Positions 28,771-39,700 of a stretch of 64,000 bases of DNA are shown one piece after another. The stretch is taken from assembly GCA_021826685.1 (NCBI GenBank), contig JAKAYT010000002.1:27123-91122 (forward strand). The letters are read 5' to 3'. The DNA is from Thermoplasmata archaeon. Its GTDB lineage: Archaea > Thermoplasmatota > Thermoplasmata > Lutacidiplasmatales > UBA184. The position numbers and the translations under genes are program-made. Position 1 is the first letter of the stretch, and each line of letters starts with the position of its first letter. The notes below the pieces were generated by a model. It saw only the letters and a list, made by a program, of their open reading frames with translations, was not told the DNA's origin and did no database searches.

Positions 28771-29317
28771 GGAGAGCGTCGTCTCGATCCCGATCCCGCC
28801 CAAGGTCAAGATCCGGCTCGAGGGGCGGATGCTGGTCGGAGAGGGCCCACTGGGCACCGTTGCGCGCCCGTTCCCGAAGGACGCGATCAACTTGGCGGCC
28901 TCCGCGAACTCGGTCACGCTCACGTTGCGCCTCCCCCCTCACCGACGCGAGTCGAAGGCGCTCCTGCGCACCTGGGTGGCCCACGTGAACAACATCGCGG
29001 GTGGCGTGAGCCGCGGGGTCGAGGCCCGCATGAAGATCGTCGCCGCCCACTTCCCGATGAAGGTCGCCGCGAAGGGCTCCGAGCTCGTGATCGAGAACTT
29101 CCTCGGCGAAAAGCACCCCCGCTCCGCCCCGCTGCTCCCGGGCACGAAGGCGACCGTCGAGGGGGAGTTCGTTCTCCTCGCGGGCAACGACGTCGAGCAG
29201 GTCGGCCAGAGTGCGGCGAACATCGAGCGCGCCACGCACATCCGTGACTACGATCCCCGCGTCTTCCAGGACGGAATCTACCTGATCGAGTCGGCCCACC
29301 TGAAGGAGGCCAGCTGA
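28760..29317 (+). CDS. rpl6: 50S ribosomal protein L6
   Basis: MSTEESVVSIPIPPKVKI.. Confidence 0.85.
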   Translation: MSTEESVVSIPIPPKVKIRLEGRMLVGEGPLGTVARPFPKDAINLAASANSVTLTLRLPPHRRESKALLRTWVAHVNNIAGGVSRGVEARMKIVAAHFPMKVAAKGSELVIENFLGEKHPRSAPLLPGTKATVEGEFVLLAGNDVEQVGQSAANIERATHIRDYDPRVFQDGIYLIESAHLKEAS

Positions 29318-29898
29318 TGGCGGACGAGACCGCGAAGGAGCCCACGACCGAGAGCCCTCCCCCCGCGGCGGAGACCGCCCCCGTCCCGGCGCCGAAGCGC
29401 CGGCGCTCGGTGAAGGCGGCCAAGCCGTCCGAACCGGCGTCCCCCGAGGTCGTGACCGCGAAGGAGCTACGCGCGCCCAAGCGCGCCGCGCTCGACCCGG
29501 CGACCGCGCGGGCGCTCCTCCTGCGACGCGAGGCCGATCGGCACCGGCCGCTCTTCGTGCGCCAGGCTGCGCACCGCTACGCGCGCATCGGTCGCGAGGA
29601 GTCCTGGCGGCGGCCGCGGGGCCTTCAGTCGAAGCAGCGTCGCCATTACGGGTACCGTTCCGTGGTCGTCCGCATCGGCTATCGATCTCCGGCCCGCGCC
29701 CGGGGACTCGTGCCGAGCGGGTTCCGACCCGTGATCGTTCGCACGCCCCAGGAGCTCGCACGGATCGACGCCCAGAAGGAAGCGGTGATCATCGCCCGCA
29801 CCGTCGGTACGCGACGCCGACTCGCGCTCGAGGAAGCGGCGCGCCGGCTCGGACTTCATCTGCTCAACCCGATCGCGACGCCCGAGTCGGAGGAGTGA
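29317..29898 (+). CDS. rpl32e: 50S ribosomal protein L32e (with Pro/Ala-rich N-terminal extension)
   Basis: ..RHRPLFVRQAAHRYARIGREESWRRPRGLQSKQR.. Confidence 0.85.
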   Translation: MADETAKEPTTESPPPAAETAPVPAPKRRRSVKAAKPSEPASPEVVTAKELRAPKRAALDPATARALLLRREADRHRPLFVRQAAHRYARIGREESWRRPRGLQSKQRRHYGYRSVVVRIGYRSPARARGLVPSGFRPVIVRTPQELARIDAQKEAVIIARTVGTRRRLALEEAARRLGLHLLNPIATPESEE

Positions 29899-30368
29899 GC
29901 CCGATGCCGGATCTCTCCAACCAACGCCGCCTGGCGTCCCTGATCTTGAAGTGCGGCGAGAACCGGGTCTGGATCGACGGCCAGCGTCAGGACGAGATCG
30001 TCGACGCCGTCACTCGCCAGGATATCCGCACGCTGATCAAGAGCGGCGCGATCCGGCGACGGAGCATCCTAGGAACGAGTCGCGTGCGCGCGCGTCGGCA
30101 CGCCGCCGAGGTCGCGAAGGGCCGCCACGCGGGGCCCGGTTCCCGGCGAGGCACTCCGGCCAGCCGCGTCAGCGGGAAATCGCGCTGGATGCACCGTATC
30201 CGCGCGCAGCGCGAACTCCTGCGCACCCTGCGCGACGAAGGGAAAATCCCGCCCGGCGCGTACCGACGCTTTTACCGCCAAGCGAAGGGAGGCATGTTCC
30301 GCAGCCGGGCTCACCTCTTGCTGAACCTCCGGCTCGCCGGTGTCCTGCCGGCGGGGAGCCCCCCATGA
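29895..30368 (+). CDS. rpl19e: 50S ribosomal protein L19e
   Basis: [23 protein letters not shown].. Confidence 0.85.
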   Translation: MSPMPDLSNQRRLASLILKCGENRVWIDGQRQDEIVDAVTRQDIRTLIKSGAIRRRSILGTSRVRARRHAAEVAKGRHAGPGSRRGTPASRVSGKSRWMHRIRAQRELLRTLRDEGKIPPGAYRRFYRQAKGGMFRSRAHLLLNLRLAGVLPAGSPP

Positions 30369-30889
30369 GCATCGGCCCGCGCTACCGTGTACCGTTCCGT
30401 CGCCGGCGGGAGGGCCGTACGGACTATCGCGTGCGCCTGAAGCTCTTGAAGGGCGGCACGACCCGGGCGGTCGTGCGGTTTTCCCACCACCGTGTGGAGG
30501 TCGCGCTTGTCGATTATGCCGCCGAAGGCGACCGGGTGGTCGCCCAGGCCACGAGCTCCGAACTCGCGCGCCTCGGGTTCCCGCCCACGAGCGGAGCGTC
30601 GACCCCGGCGGCCTATCTGACGGGTTATCTTGCGGGCCTTCGCGCGAAGTCCCAAGGGAGCTCCGAGGCAATCCTCGACCTGGGCCTGCGTCGCCCCACT
30701 CCCGGGGGACGGGCGCTGGCATCGCTCAAGGGCTTGTTGGATGCCGGGATCGAAATCCCCCACGGGGAGACGAGATTCCCCGAGGCGGACCGGTTGAACG
30801 GCACGCATCTTCCCCAGCATCTCCCAGAACCTATCGAAATCTACAAGGGCAAGCTCCCGACGATCGTCGCCCGGGAGGGCAAGAAGTGA
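30365..30889 (+). CDS. rpl18: 50S ribosomal protein L18 (L5e)
   Basis: [24 protein letters not shown]; ATG at 30365 lies within ORF 29951..30889. Confidence 0.9.
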   Translation: MSIGPRYRVPFRRRREGRTDYRVRLKLLKGGTTRAVVRFSHHRVEVALVDYAAEGDRVVAQATSSELARLGFPPTSGASTPAAYLTGYLAGLRAKSQGSSEAILDLGLRRPTPGGRALASLKGLLDAGIEIPHGETRFPEADRLNGTHLPQHLPEPIEIYKGKLPTIVAREGKK

Positions 30890-31776
30890 CCGCGGCCGCC
30901 CTGCCCAGCGCACCTTCCTCCGCGACGGGGGGCCGGCCCTCCCAGCCGGCACCGCCGCCCTGGATCCCGAAGACCGAGCTCGGCCGGCGCGTGGCCGCGG
31001 GCGAGCTCACCACGATAGGCGAGGTCCTGGCGACCGGTCTTCCGCTCCGCGAGCCCCAGATCGTCGACAAGCTCCTGCCGGGCCTACACGACGAGGTCCT
31101 CGACGTGAACATGGTCCAGCGGATGACCGACTCCGGTCGTCGGTTCAAGTTCGCGGTGACGGTCGTGGTCGGAAACGGCGACGGGTACGTCGGGCTCGGA
31201 CGCGCGAAGGGACGGGAAGTCGGACCCACGATCCGGCGCGCCATCGATCGCGCCAAGCTCGGAATCGTGGAGATCCTCCGCGGATGCGGGAGCTGGGAGT
31301 GCGGCTGCGGACGCTCGCACACTCTGCCGTTCCAGGTGCACGCCCGATCGGGTTCGGTCGTCGTCACGCTCAAGCCCGCGCCCCGCGGAGTCGGCCTCGC
31401 GGTCGGCGATGTGGTCAAACCGATCCTTCGATTCGCCGGCATCACCGATGCGTGGGGATACACGGACGGTCACACCAAGACGACCGTCAACTACGCGCAA
31501 GCGGCGTACCGTGCGCTCTCGGATCTCTCCCGGCTCAAGGTCCCCGACGCCGACGCGACGCGCCTGAAGATCGTCCGGGGCGGCACCGGCACGTCGATCC
31601 TGCCTCCGAAGGAGGATACTCCGCGTCCGACGCGAGGGGGTCCGGGCGGCCGCCGGGGCCCGTCCCGCGGTCGCGGGGGACCTCAGGGCCGCGGCGGGCC
31701 GGGCGCGCGCGGTGGGGGGCCCGGTCGACGGGGCCCGCCCCCGGCGGTACCGTCCGGCGGAGGAGGGGGCGGTTAG
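30886..31776 (+). CDS. rps5: 30S ribosomal protein S5 with Gly/Arg-rich (RGG-like) C-terminal tail
   Basis: GTG at 30886 (GTGA overlap). Core motifs ..[17 protein letters not shown].. and [11 protein letters not shown]. Tail reads ..[42 protein letters not shown]. Confidence 0.85.
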   Translation: MTAAALPSAPSSATGGRPSQPAPPPWIPKTELGRRVAAGELTTIGEVLATGLPLREPQIVDKLLPGLHDEVLDVNMVQRMTDSGRRFKFAVTVVVGNGDGYVGLGRAKGREVGPTIRRAIDRAKLGIVEILRGCGSWECGCGRSHTLPFQVHARSGSVVVTLKPAPRGVGLAVGDVVKPILRFAGITDAWGYTDGHTKTTVNYAQAAYRALSDLSRLKVPDADATRLKIVRGGTGTSILPPKEDTPRPTRGGPGGRRGPSRGRGGPQGRGGPGARGGGPGRRGPPPAVPSGGGGGG

Positions 31777-31779
31777 ATC

Positions 31780-32229
31780 ATGGCGTGGATCGTCATCCGG
31801 GTACGCGGAACGCTGCACGCACGCCGCGACATCACCGAGACCCTGCGCTACCTGCATCTCACGCGCCCGAACCACGCTACCGTGATCCCGGAGTCCCCGG
31901 ACTATCGCGGGATGCTCTACACGGTCCAGGGCTACGTCACATGGGGGGAGGCGGACCCCGAGACGGTGAGCTGGCTGTTGAAGGAACGCGGCATCGCAAC
32001 GGACGGAAGCCGGCTCGCTGCGTCGGAGAACGGACCGGCCCCGCCGCTGGACGAACTCGCCCGGACCGCGATCACCGATGGCCTCGACTCCGTACCGGGA
32101 GTGCGTCCGCTCTTCCGGTTGAAGGCTCCCAAGGGGGGCTGGCGTTCGACGAAGAAGCCGTTCCGACAGGGCGGAGCGCTCGGCTATCGGGGTCCCACCG
32201 TCAACGATCTCGCCCGCCGGATGGGCTAG
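31780..32229 (+). CDS. rpl30: 50S ribosomal protein L30 (L7e)
   Basis: MAWIVIRVRGTLHARRDITETLRYLHL. Confidence 0.85.
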   Translation: MAWIVIRVRGTLHARRDITETLRYLHLTRPNHATVIPESPDYRGMLYTVQGYVTWGEADPETVSWLLKERGIATDGSRLAASENGPAPPLDELARTAITDGLDSVPGVRPLFRLKAPKGGWRSTKKPFRQGGALGYRGPTVNDLARRMG

Positions 32230-32241
32230 GGAGAAGAACAC

Positions 32242-32676
32242 ATGCCGAGTCGCACGCGAAAGTTCCGGGGGCTGCGCACGCACGGCCGCGGCATCAAGGC
32301 CGGCCGGGGCGCGGGAAAGCAGGGGGGTCGGGGGAACGCCGGCCTCCACAAGTACAAGTTCAAGTCGATGCTGATCTACGCCCCCGACCATTTCGGTCGG
32401 CATGGGTTCAAGCGGCCCCCCGAGATCGTCGAGCACCCGAAGACGCTCAACGTCGGCGATCTCGATAGCTTCGTTCCCATCCTCGAGGCCGCGGGAGCGC
32501 TCGAGCGCGACGGGGAGACGTACATCGCGGACCTCGCGAAGGCCGGCGTCGATCGGCTCCTCGGAAAGGGCTCGGCCGGGCGGGCGTGGAAGGTGTACGT
32601 CCTCCACGCTACGAAGCACGCCGCAGAGAAGGTGACCGTGCTTGCCGAGCGGCCGGCAGCGACCACCCCCCCGTAG
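32242..32676 (+). CDS. rpl15: 50S ribosomal protein L15
   Basis: MPSRTRKFRGLRTHGRGIKAGRGAGKQGGRGNAG. Confidence 0.9.
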   Translation: MPSRTRKFRGLRTHGRGIKAGRGAGKQGGRGNAGLHKYKFKSMLIYAPDHFGRHGFKRPPEIVEHPKTLNVGDLDSFVPILEAAGALERDGETYIADLAKAGVDRLLGKGSAGRAWKVYVLHATKHAAEKVTVLAERPAATTPP

Positions 32677-32712
32677 GGTATATTACGGACCCTTTCGCTG
32701 CGAGCGTTCTCG

Positions 32713-34461
32713 ATGGTGGACGAGGAGATCCCGCGCGATGTCCGCTGGGCGATCCCCCTCGGGTTGATCGGCGTAGCCATCGTTGCGCTGTACTGGTACT
32801 GGGACCACCCGACGTCTCTCGGCCTCGGCTTCCTGGGAGCGGGCATCGCCGCGGTCATGGTCCTCCTCTATCTCGGACTCTCGTACTCCGGCCCCAAGTC
32901 CCGGCTCTACGGGCTCAAACCGTTGTCCAGCCGCCTGCCCGCCATTTCCCAGCCGAAGGGCCACGTGCACTTCCGCACGAAGATGTTCTGGACGATCCTG
33001 GTCGTCCTCACCTACTTCCTCCTGACGAACATCTACCTCTTCGGCGTGGACCAAGCGACGATCATCGACCTGTTTGCCAGCTACCGCGCGATCCTCGCGG
33101 GAGCTCAGGGCACGATCATGGATCTCGGGATCGGGCCGATCGTCACGGCCTCGATCATCATGCAGTTGTTCGTCGGAGCCAAGATCATCAACCTCGACCT
33201 CACCGACGACGAAGACAAGGGGACCTACCAGGGCTCACAGAAGGTCTTGGTCCTCGTGATGATCTTCATCGAGTCGATCCCCCAGGTCTTTGGGTACATC
33301 ACGCCGGGAGCGGGTCTGGTCGCGAGCTTGGGTACGCTCTCTCCGGGGAACGGCATCCTGCTCGCGAACACGATCATCGTCGCCCAGCTGGTGTTCGGCT
33401 GTTATCTCGTCTTCCTCATGGACGAGGTCGTCTCGAAGTGGGGAATCGGCAGCGGCATCTCCCTGTTCATCGCGGCGGGGGTGAGCCAGCAACTCGTCCA
33501 GGGCACGCTCAGCTGGTTACCCCAGACCACCGGCGGCCCACCGGCCGGCGCGATCCCCAAGACGATCTACTACCTCACCACGCTCAACGCGGGCAATCTC
33601 GCGAGCGGGGGGTGGACGGACATCCTCCTGGCGCAACCGAACCCGCTCACGGCGCTGATCGGCACCGCGCTCATCTTCTTCCTCGTCGCGTGGACGGAAT
33701 CGACTCGGATCGAACTTCCTCTCTCGCATGCCGAAGCGCGCGGAGCCCGCGGCCGCTACCCGTTGCGCCTGATCTACGCGAGCAACATCCCCGTCATCCT
33801 GATGACGGCGCTCCTCGCGAACGTCAGCGTCGTCACGATCCTCCTGTACACGAACCCGACGCTCGCGCACTTCCCGTTGGTCGGCGGCCAGTGGTGGATC
33901 GGCGCCTACCCGAGCTCCGCCCAGGCGACCGCGCTGAACGTCTCGGCGACGACCCCGATCATGGGCGGGGCGTGGTATCTCCAGACGCCCAACGGTTTAG
34001 CGTCGTGGCTATTGCCGGCGATCAACTACTCGACGTACGGGAACGCGCTCCTCGGCCATAGCTGGTGGCAGGGGATCGTGCACGTCGGGGTCTTCTTCGG
34101 AGTGATGGTCGGCGGCTCGATCCTGTTCGCGAAATTCTGGATCCAGACGACGAACATGGGCCCCGAGGCGGTCGCGCGCCAGATCGAGGCGTCCGGCATG
34201 CAGATCCCGGGCTTCCGCAGAGAACCCCGGGTGTTACGACGCGTCCTGGAACGCTACATCCCCGTCATCACGGTGATCAGCGGCGCCGCCGTCGGCGCGC
34301 TCGCAGCGGGTGCCGATCTCATTGGCACCGTCGGCGATGCGAGCGGGACCGGCGTGCTGCTGCTCGTGGGGATTATCATAAATCTGTACGAGGCGATGGG
34401 CCGGGAGCAGCTCATGGAGATGAACCCGGTACTGCGGCGGTTCCTGGGCGGGGAGGCCTAG
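32713..34461 (+). CDS. secY: preprotein translocase subunit SecY (possible N-terminal extension)
   Basis: The SecY core begins around ..LKPLSSRLPAISQPKGHVHFRTKMFWTILVVL. The upstream 60-65 aa contain two extra hydrophobic segments. Alternative start at Met49 (32857). Confidence 0.85.
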   Translation: MVDEEIPRDVRWAIPLGLIGVAIVALYWYWDHPTSLGLGFLGAGIAAVMVLLYLGLSYSGPKSRLYGLKPLSSRLPAISQPKGHVHFRTKMFWTILVVLTYFLLTNIYLFGVDQATIIDLFASYRAILAGAQGTIMDLGIGPIVTASIIMQLFVGAKIINLDLTDDEDKGTYQGSQKVLVLVMIFIESIPQVFGYITPGAGLVASLGTLSPGNGILLANTIIVAQLVFGCYLVFLMDEVVSKWGIGSGISLFIAAGVSQQLVQGTLSWLPQTTGGPPAGAIPKTIYYLTTLNAGNLASGGWTDILLAQPNPLTALIGTALIFFLVAWTESTRIELPLSHAEARGARGRYPLRLIYASNIPVILMTALLANVSVVTILLYTNPTLAHFPLVGGQWWIGAYPSSAQATALNVSATTPIMGGAWYLQTPNGLASWLLPAINYSTYGNALLGHSWWQGIVHVGVFFGVMVGGSILFAKFWIQTTNMGPEAVARQIEASGMQIPGFRREPRVLRRVLERYIPVITVISGAAVGALAAGADLIGTVGDASGTGVLLLVGIIINLYEAMGREQLMEMNPVLRRFLGGEA

Positions 34462-34464
34462 ACC

Positions 34465-35238
34465 ATGGCGTCCGACGCCACGGCTCCTCTGCCCAGCGCG
34501 GCCGGCAGCTCTGCCGCCCCGGCGCCCGCCCCCCGGGGGAACGCGCGGCCGGCGGCCTCGTTCAAGTTCTCCACGTTCGTGATCATCTTCCTGGGGATGC
34601 TCGGGCTCCTGATGCTCATCGACAGCGGCACCCGGAACGCGATCACGAACTGGATGGGCAACTATCACAATCCTTCGGGCTGGCTCTACGTGGCGATCGG
34701 GTTCAACTCGAGCTACCTGCTCGTCACGATGGCGCTCGCCGGCGCGATCGAGATGATCATCACGGCGCTCGCCTACAACTATACGACGGACTGGATCAAG
34801 GCCGCGAAGGTCCAGAAGTGGTCGAGCGCGTTCCGCAAGGTGCAGATGGCGGCGTTCCGGTCGGGTAAGAAGGATCGCATCGACGAGCTCAAGCCGTTCC
34901 AGCAGCGCCTCACCCGCATGTCGAGCGAGGTCTCGATCGCTCAGTTCAAAGGGATGGCGATCACCTACTTCATGCTCATCGTGATCTACTCCTGGGTCGG
35001 GGGAGTGATCGGGGCCGCTCCCAACGCGGTCGTCCACCTGACCAGCACGACCACGCTCAATCTGAACAGCACGGTCCTGGGCTACTTCCCCTACTGGTTC
35101 TTCCTGTTCAGCCTCTACACCGTTCCGCTCTCGTTCGTCTTCCGGCGCTTCCTCAAGCACTGGTGGCTCGCGCGGTACGAGGAAGAGCACCTTCGGACCG
35201 GGGACGCCGCCGGCACGACGCCCTCCTCCCCGTCCTAG
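34465..35238 (+). CDS. DUF106 membrane protein (archaeal YidC/Oxa1/EMC3-like insertase family)
   Basis: Three TM segments with an intervening coiled-coil (..RIDELKPFQQRLTRMSSEVSIAQFKGMAI..), in the conserved position after secY. Confidence 0.7.
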   Translation: MASDATAPLPSAAGSSAAPAPAPRGNARPAASFKFSTFVIIFLGMLGLLMLIDSGTRNAITNWMGNYHNPSGWLYVAIGFNSSYLLVTMALAGAIEMIITALAYNYTTDWIKAAKVQKWSSAFRKVQMAAFRSGKKDRIDELKPFQQRLTRMSSEVSIAQFKGMAITYFMLIVIYSWVGGVIGAAPNAVVHLTSTTTLNLNSTVLGYFPYWFFLFSLYTVPLSFVFRRFLKHWWLARYEEEHLRTGDAAGTTPSSPS

Positions 35239-35251
35239 GCGAGGAGAGCTC

Positions 35252-35791
35252 GTGGCCCTCCCGGTATTGGCGGTCGGGGGACCGCCGGGCAGCGGCAAGT
35301 CCACGGCCGGCCGGGCGGTCGCCGGTGCGCGCCAGCTGACCTATCGCGCCGCCGGCGACCTGTTCCGGGCCGAGGCGGCGCGCCGAGGGATGGACCTCGA
35401 GACCTTCAGCCACTACGCCGAAGCGCATCCGGAGGTCGACCGGGCGATCGACGAAGAGATGGCGACGCTCGCTCGACCCGGCGTCGTGTTGGACGGGCGG
35501 ATCCAAGGTACCCTCTTGCGGCGCCGGCAGGTCCCGGTCATCGCGATCCTCATCACCGCGGGCGAAGAGGTGCGCGCGCGTCGCGTGGCGGATCGGGACC
35601 ACCAGACCCTGGACGAGGCCCGCCGTCGGATCCGCGAACGCGCTCAGAGCGAGCGGGACCGTTACCGACAGCTCTACGACATCGATCTCGACGCGGAGAC
35701 CGGGGATCTCGCGATCGATTCCTCCCACCTCGCTCCCGATCAGGTGCGTGACCAGATCCTGGCGTTCCTCGCGGTGCGGCAGGGGGCCTAA
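35252..35791 (+). CDS. cmk: cytidylate kinase (archaeal type)
   Basis: VLAVGGPPGSGKST P-loop; ..AAGDLFRAEAARRGMDLETFS..; GAGGAGAG upstream. Confidence 0.75.
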   Translation: MALPVLAVGGPPGSGKSTAGRAVAGARQLTYRAAGDLFRAEAARRGMDLETFSHYAEAHPEVDRAIDEEMATLARPGVVLDGRIQGTLLRRRQVPVIAILITAGEEVRARRVADRDHQTLDEARRRIRERAQSERDRYRQLYDIDLDAETGDLAIDSSHLAPDQVRDQILAFLAVRQGA

Positions 35792-35795
35792 CCCC

Positions 35796-36746
35796 GTGGG
35801 GACAACCCCCGTCGCGGACGAGAGGGTCCGCGAACGGATCGCGGCCGGCGCGTTCGTCCTCGTCGACAAGCCGAGGGGTCCGTCCTCCCACCAGGTGACC
35901 GCTTGGGTTCGGGACCTGATAGGGGTCCCGCGGGCGGGTCACGCGGGAACGCTGGACCCGAATGTCTCGGGGCTCCTATGGATTGGGGTCGGTCCCGGCT
36001 TGAAGCTCCTACCGATGCTGCTCGAGCTGCCGAAGCGCTATGTCGGAGTACTCGAGTTCCATGGCGAGGTTGCGCCTCGGGAGCTGGCCCGCGTCATCGC
36101 GGAGTTCACCGGCCCGATCTACCAGACCCCGCCCGTCCGCTCGGCCGTCCGAAGAGAGCGCCGCGTTCGACGGATCCATCACCTCGCCGTGATCGAGACC
36201 CAAGGTCCCTCGGTGCTGTTCGACGTCCGAGCGGACTCGGGCACGTACATCCGCACGCTCGCCGTCGATCTCGGCGACGCGCTCGGCGTCGGAGCGCATA
36301 TGGTCGAGCTGCGACGGATCGGAACCGGGCCTTTCACGGAGAAGGACGCGGTCTCCCTCTCCGAGCTCGCCGACGCTCGGGTCCTGGCCGACCAGGGCGA
36401 CGCCTCCCGCCTGCTCGGCCTGCTCCACCCCATCTCCGAGGTCTGGAAGGAGTTCCCCCAAGTCGTGCTCCGGGAAGGAGCCGCGGGAGCCGTCGCGCAC
36501 GGTGCGAACCTCGCGCGGGGGGGGATCGCGTCGATCTCCCGCCCGTTCTCGCGGGAGGCGAAGGTCGCTCTCGTCGACGCTTCCGGCGCCCTGGTGGCCA
36601 CGGGCACAGCTCTCTACGACTCCACGGAGGCGATGGAGGTCTCCCGCGGCTGGGTCATCGATTCCGACCGGGTCCTCGCGGATCCGGAGCTCTACCGGCT
36701 CGCGTGGCGCGAGCGTCGCGGCTCCAAGACACCGCTACAAAGTTAA
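35796..36746 (+). CDS. cbf5: H/ACA RNP pseudouridine synthase Cbf5 (TruB family with PUA domain)
   Basis: ..VLVDKPRGPSSHQVTAWVRDL..AGHAGTLDPNVSGLL..; GTG at 35796 in frame with ORF 35748. Confidence 0.85.
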   Translation: MGTTPVADERVRERIAAGAFVLVDKPRGPSSHQVTAWVRDLIGVPRAGHAGTLDPNVSGLLWIGVGPGLKLLPMLLELPKRYVGVLEFHGEVAPRELARVIAEFTGPIYQTPPVRSAVRRERRVRRIHHLAVIETQGPSVLFDVRADSGTYIRTLAVDLGDALGVGAHMVELRRIGTGPFTEKDAVSLSELADARVLADQGDASRLLGLLHPISEVWKEFPQVVLREGAAGAVAHGANLARGGIASISRPFSREAKVALVDASGALVATGTALYDSTEAMEVSRGWVIDSDRVLADPELYRLAWRERRGSKTPLQS

Positions 36747-36771
36747 GAGGATAAGTACCCGTCGAACGCCC

Positions 36772-39700
36772 GTGAAAGAGCCGCCGGAAAGAGGTTGGGG
36801 AGCGCGCGCGTTCGCCGCGTTGGGTCGCGCGACCGTCCGCCATCCGTGGCGGTTCATCGCCCTCTGGGTCGTACTGCTCGTCGTCACGCTTCCGTTCCTC
36901 GGCCACCTCAACGCGGTCGAGACGAACTCGACGACCACGCTCCCCGCGAACGCGCCGAGCTCGCTCGCGCAGGCAGAGTTCGACCGGCTGTTCCCCGGTG
37001 ATGTGAGCGCGGGATCGTCCAGCTACCTCCTGTTCACCGGCCCGAACCTTACCGACGCGAACGCGCAACGCACGATCCTCAACGTCACGAGAGCCCTCGC
37101 CGGCGACCCGTCGCTCACGGCCATCGCGTCGATCGACAGCGTCTACTCGAGGTACTCGACGTACCTTGCGGGACAGTTGATCCTCGGCGCGACGGGCCTG
37201 CAGCAGGCGATCGCGCAGGGAGTGCTGACCGAGATTAACCAGACCGCGATGGTCGCTTGGGGGGTCCCGGCCTACTTCCTGGGGACGTGGGAGGGGCTCA
37301 TTGAGGAGAACGTCTCCCCGTCGGATGCCAACGTCCTGGCCCACCGCGATGCCGAGGCCCACTTCGCGAACGAGACCCTTCCGCTCGCCGTCCTCGGCGC
37401 GTTCTACACGGGGGCCTCGCCGACCCCGACCGCCGGGTTCAACGGCACGGCGGACTGCGCGCAGTATGCTTCGAACTATCCTCGGGTCGAGAGCTGCGCC
37501 AACGCGGTCGCCCGCGCGAACGTGCCCGCGGTCATCGATCCCACGCTTCCGACCCCTTCCGGTCGCGCCCTCGCGAACGCCGTGTTCGACACCCTGGCCA
37601 TCGGCAACTTCACGAACGCGACGAGCCTCCGAACGACCCTCGCGGCGACCCTGAGCCCGATCCTCGGGTTCCCCGTCGCCTGGTTGCTATCGACCCTCAA
37701 CGAGTTCCCCACCTCGGTTCCGTCTGAGGGGGAGGCTCTGATCTCGGCCAACGCGACGGTCGCGGCGGCAACGCTTTGGACCGAGCCACTGCCCGTCCCG
37801 AACTCCATCTTGAGCTCCTACGTCGCTCGGAGCGGGACCGCCCAGATCGTCGATATCAGCTTCACCGTCCCCGACAGCTTTACGAACCGCACGGGCGGGA
37901 CGCCCGTCTACTCCGACATCGATGCGATGAACCGCCTCGTGCCCGGAATCGTCGCCCGGAGCGCCTATCCCGTGGACTCGATCGCGTTCGCCCAGACGGG
38001 GGCCGGCCCGCTCGATCTCGCCGAGAATAGCGTGGTCAACGAATCGATCGCGCTCGTGCTACCGATCACGATCGTGGTCCTTCTCGTGGTCACCGCCCTC
38101 TACTTCCGATCTCCTCTCACGCCGCTCATCGCGTTCGCGGGCCTCGCGATCGCGATCGTGCTCGCCCTCGGTGGAACGGTCCTCTTGGGGACCCTCGTGA
38201 CGCACGTCGATTCGACGAGCCTCACGCTCGAGGAGGTCTTCGTGCTCGGAGTCGGGACCGATTACTCGATCTTCCTCCTCTCACGGTACCGGGAGGAGCG
38301 GGTCGCCGGCGCCGACTCCAAGGAGGCGATCGTGACGAGCGTGACGTGGGCCGGTCAGAGCGTCGCGACGAGCGGCACCACGGCGGTCATCGCGACGCTC
38401 GCGCTCACCTTCAGCGGAGTCGCCTTGCTCAGCCAGTGGGGAATGGTGCTCTCTTTTGCGATCCTAATGACGATTCTCCTTTCCCTGACGATGATCCCGG
38501 CGATGCTCGCGATCGTCGGTCCCCGAGTCTTCTGGCCCATGACCGGGCCCCGGTTCGAGCGGCTCTCCGCCCGCCAACGGATGCGCAACGAGTCTCGGTC
38601 GACCTACTTCTACCGGGCCGCGGCCTATACGCGACGCCGACCCTACACGATGATCGCCATCCTCCTCCTCGTCTCGGTGCCTCTCATCTACGTCGCGCTC
38701 AACGTCCCGCTCTCCTACGACTTCTATCAACAGCTGCCGACCTCCCAGTTCGCGGTCGCCGGTCTCGCCACGATGAACCAGCACTTCGGAGCCGGCTTCG
38801 CATTCCCCACGACCGCGCTGGTCACGTTCTCCAGCCCGCTCCTCGTCGGCAACCTCACGAACGCGAGCGAGTTCGCCGAGCTCGCAGAACTGACGAGCTT
38901 AGCCCAGGCGACGCACGGCGTCGCGCGGGTCCAGTCGCTGGTCGGATCCTACGGGGCCCCGCTCGCCACGTGGCAGAACCTGTCGAGCCAACCGACTGCG
39001 ACGCAGGTCAATCTCGAGGCGCTCGCCTCGTCGCTCATCGGGAACGACCACCGGACGGTCCTCCTCTCATTCCAGACGAACGCGAGCGGCCTCTCCGCGA
39101 CGGCGCTGTCCGCACTGCACGGCGTCGAAGGATCGTTCTCCCGATACGCGGCGGACCATTCCAGCGTTACGAAGCTCGCCTACCTCGGCGGCGCGCCGAT
39201 TACGAACGATCTCGCCGCCCAGACGTCGATCGCCACGGAACGGCTGTTCATCGCGGTCGCGATCGCCCTCTTGGTCGTCCTCCTGGTCGTGCTCCGGTCG
39301 GCGGTGCTGCCGGTCCTGGCCGTCGCCACGATCGGGGTCTCGATCGCCTGGGCATGGGCTCTGACCTACCTCGTCCTCGGCCTCGGATTCGGGATTGGGA
39401 TATTCTTCTACGTCCCGACGCTGATGTTCATGCTGATCCTCGGGTTAGGGACGGACTACAACATCTTCCTGCTCACCCGCGTGCGCGAGGAGCGCATCAA
39501 GGGCCGCTCCTCGCGGGAGGCCGTTGCCGAAGCTCTCGCCCGGACGGGCGGGGTCATCACCGCCGCCGCCGTCATCCTCGCCGGCGCCTTCGCGAGCCTG
39601 ATGTTCGGCGACTTCTACCTCCTCGTCGCTATCGGCTTTTCGGTCGCGATCGCGGTACTGCTCGACGCGACGGTCGTGCGGACGTACTTCGTCCCGGCGG

